The notes beneath the pieces were generated by a model that was given only the letters and a program-made list of their open reading frames with translations, was not told the origin of the DNA and did not search any database. A stretch of DNA of 64,000 bases. Origin: Chlorokybus atmophyticus (Eukaryota; Plantae; Mesostigma and Chlorokybus algae). This document shows positions 61,906-64,000 of this stretch, piece after piece. Within the stretch, counting starts at the first letter, position 1, and every line of letters starts with the position of its first letter. Location: contig RHPI01000160.1 in NCBI GenBank assembly GCA_009103225.1, forward strand, positions 49,377 to 113,376. Reading direction: 5' to 3'. The position numbers were made by a program, and so were the translations under genes.

Positions 61906-64000
61906 ATGGGAGTCCTTTGTCCGTATTGCCACATGCGCTTCGCCACACGCAGCTCGGTCTATATGCACATTATTAGCAGCAGGGTGTGCAAGCAGATCAA
62001 GCTGTATGTCGGCCAGCGTCCATTACAGTACGATGCGGGTCATGTTGAACCGGGGAGTTCGATCCAGGATGCTCACATGCTTGATGCTGAAGGATTCCTC
62101 CAGGAGACACACGCACAGCAGCAACAGGAGGAGGAGGAAGTGAACGAGGGCTTTCGATGTGTGCGTGTGCCTGAGAAACCTGTGGCACGCCAACATGGAA
62201 ATGGAGGCGTCCCTTTGCACGCGTCGAAATCCAGGTGGTATGGCTCGGAGCATGCTCTTGCAGTGGCATTCGTGCAGTGCAACAACGGCCAAGGCCTGTC
62301 GGCCTCCGACATGGGGCGGATCATCAAGTGCATCCGAAATGCACACTTCCTGACGGAAGAGCTCCAGTGGGAGACCGGTGTGCATGTGGCCAGCTATCTT
62401 CGGACCACAATTGCTTTCTCTCAGTCTGAGGTGTGTTCACGGTGTGCGGTACATGTGCTTCAACCATCAGAGCCATGTCACATATGCACATGCGAGTGTG
62501 CTGCCGTATCAGAACTACGTGACGGCTGACCTGCGCAAGCCTGGAGACCCTGAGGATCAGGACATCAGCGTCACATATATGCCGGCCAAGGTCTGTGAAA
62601 TGCAGTACATAATGCAGTATCGATGCAGTATCGATGCTGAGGCCAGCATAGTAAGTAATGCTTTTGGTCGGAGCAGGTATGGCTCGCGCGTTTGTATGGC
62701 AATCCACATGCCGCCAATGGCTTCAATCTCCAGTACAGTGGTGACGAGCACAGCTTTGGCCATCCTTCCACGGGCGATTAGTGAAAGGATGTGGAGATGG
62801 ATTTGAGGAGAGAGGTGGGGGAAGCGTCCTACTTGGCGCCGGCCATTCTGTACAGTAACAAGACCACGCTGGACAGCGCGGGCAAGCGCTCTGGCTACCC
62901 TTTAATGGCATCGCTTGCCAACTACAGCTGGGACATGTATGCTAGCAACATGGGGGTTGTTATGATAGCGCTTCTGCCGGTGGTTCACGCAGTGGCCGAG
63001 CATCCCACCTGGGCGCAGGGCAAGGAATCGTTCTCCATTCGGAAACGTGAGATTTTTCATGACGCTTTGAATGTAGTGTTAGGGGATGTGAAGCGGGCGG
63101 GTTGGGAANGATTTGGAAGGTCTGCAGCTCATCGACCCGAATGGCATCGAGCGTCGTGTGTTTCCCGCGCTTGCCAACTACATCAGCGATTTGCAGGTAG
63201 TGGGCATGCATGGTTGTAACCGGATGCAGCCTGCCAGCAAACAGTTCATGGAGGATGTTGTCAGCAAACATCTGAGTTTGTCGTGTTGTAGGAGACTGCC
63301 ACACTCGCACGCACTGTGTCGGGCAATCAAACACGACATCCTTGCGATGTTTGTCTTGTCACCAAATCAGATCTGTTGGAGATGGATGAGGACCGGGAAT
63401 TGAGAACCGAGGCCTTCTACACACCAGCAATATGTCAGCTGCGGGCGGACCTGCATAGCGGTGTTAGGAATGCACGCCAGACAGCCAAGGCTTTCAAAGA
63501 GCAGCACTCCATGCATGTCGAGGAGGTAATGGTCAAATTACCGGCATTCGTGAGGATGAATGGCTTTCCGTGAAACCAGGCAATGTGTTTTGGCGACAGG
63601 ATGCACTGTGGGGTTGGCGATAGTCGCGGGTGCCGGGAGCTGACTGCTACTCTCGTCTTGCCCCTGACGCTATGCATGTGCTGGGAGGCATCATTGACCA
63701 CCTGCTTGATGCTGTATATGACGCCGCGAAGGAACGAATCGTCCATCCACGAGACAGATTCTGCAGGCCAGGCACGTCTTTGGTGTTGCTTTTGTGTTGA
63801 ACACAAAAGCCAACGACACGTGCTCACAAGCAGATGTGCACAGGCTAAATGCNAAATGCATGCAAGGCGACTCTGCGGGTTTTGCACTTCAAGGGACCCA
63901 CAAGCACAGTAGATGTCTTCCTGTCCGACCACTCCTTTCAGGTGGTGGAGAAAGTGGCGGTGCTGCAGCTGCTGCCGGTCCTCGCAGACGGTTTGCTGCT
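61906..64000 (+). mobile_element. Plavaka-type transposase (decayed), continuing beyond the window
   Basis: N-terminal CPYC..H zinc finger; PAILYSNKTTLD..GYPLMASLAN..IALLP..IFHDALNVVL..DPNGIERRVFPALANYISD..HPCDVCLVTKSDL match the Plavaka consensus from memory. Frameshifted, and the first catalytic Asp reads Asn. Confidence 0.8.

Overview
Eukaryotic, intron-rich, repeat-dense nuclear DNA. The gene set and introns suggest a green or streptophyte alga (inference). The left half is a nest of transposons. The centrepiece is a decayed ~15 kb Ty3/Gypsy LTR retrotransposon (about 4266-19089, +). Its polyprotein reads Gag (two CCHC knuckles plus an Asn/Gly-rich tail), a ~790-codon unassigned segment, aspartic protease, an uninterrupted C5-cytosine DNA methyltransferase domain, RT, RNase H, and an integrase ending in a PHD finger. 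A very young Ty1/Copia element (10752-15656; 424-bp LTRs with 2 mismatches; ACAGG TSD) sits inside its RT, and a perfect 144-bp fold-back inversion lies at the RT/RNase H junction. Next come hairpin-dense non-coding islands, a decayed CACTA (Tnp2) transposase and CA/AT/GA low-complexity DNA. The right half holds apparently intact host genes: gamma-glutamyl hydrolase, GCP4 head-to-head with chlorophyllase, and a repeat coiled-coil protein. It also holds WDR44-like and malectin pseudogenes, four fragments of a CRE-like REL-endonuclease LINE (one with a 25-bp TSD) and a Plavaka transposase that runs off the window end. All motif calls are by eye; no searches were run.
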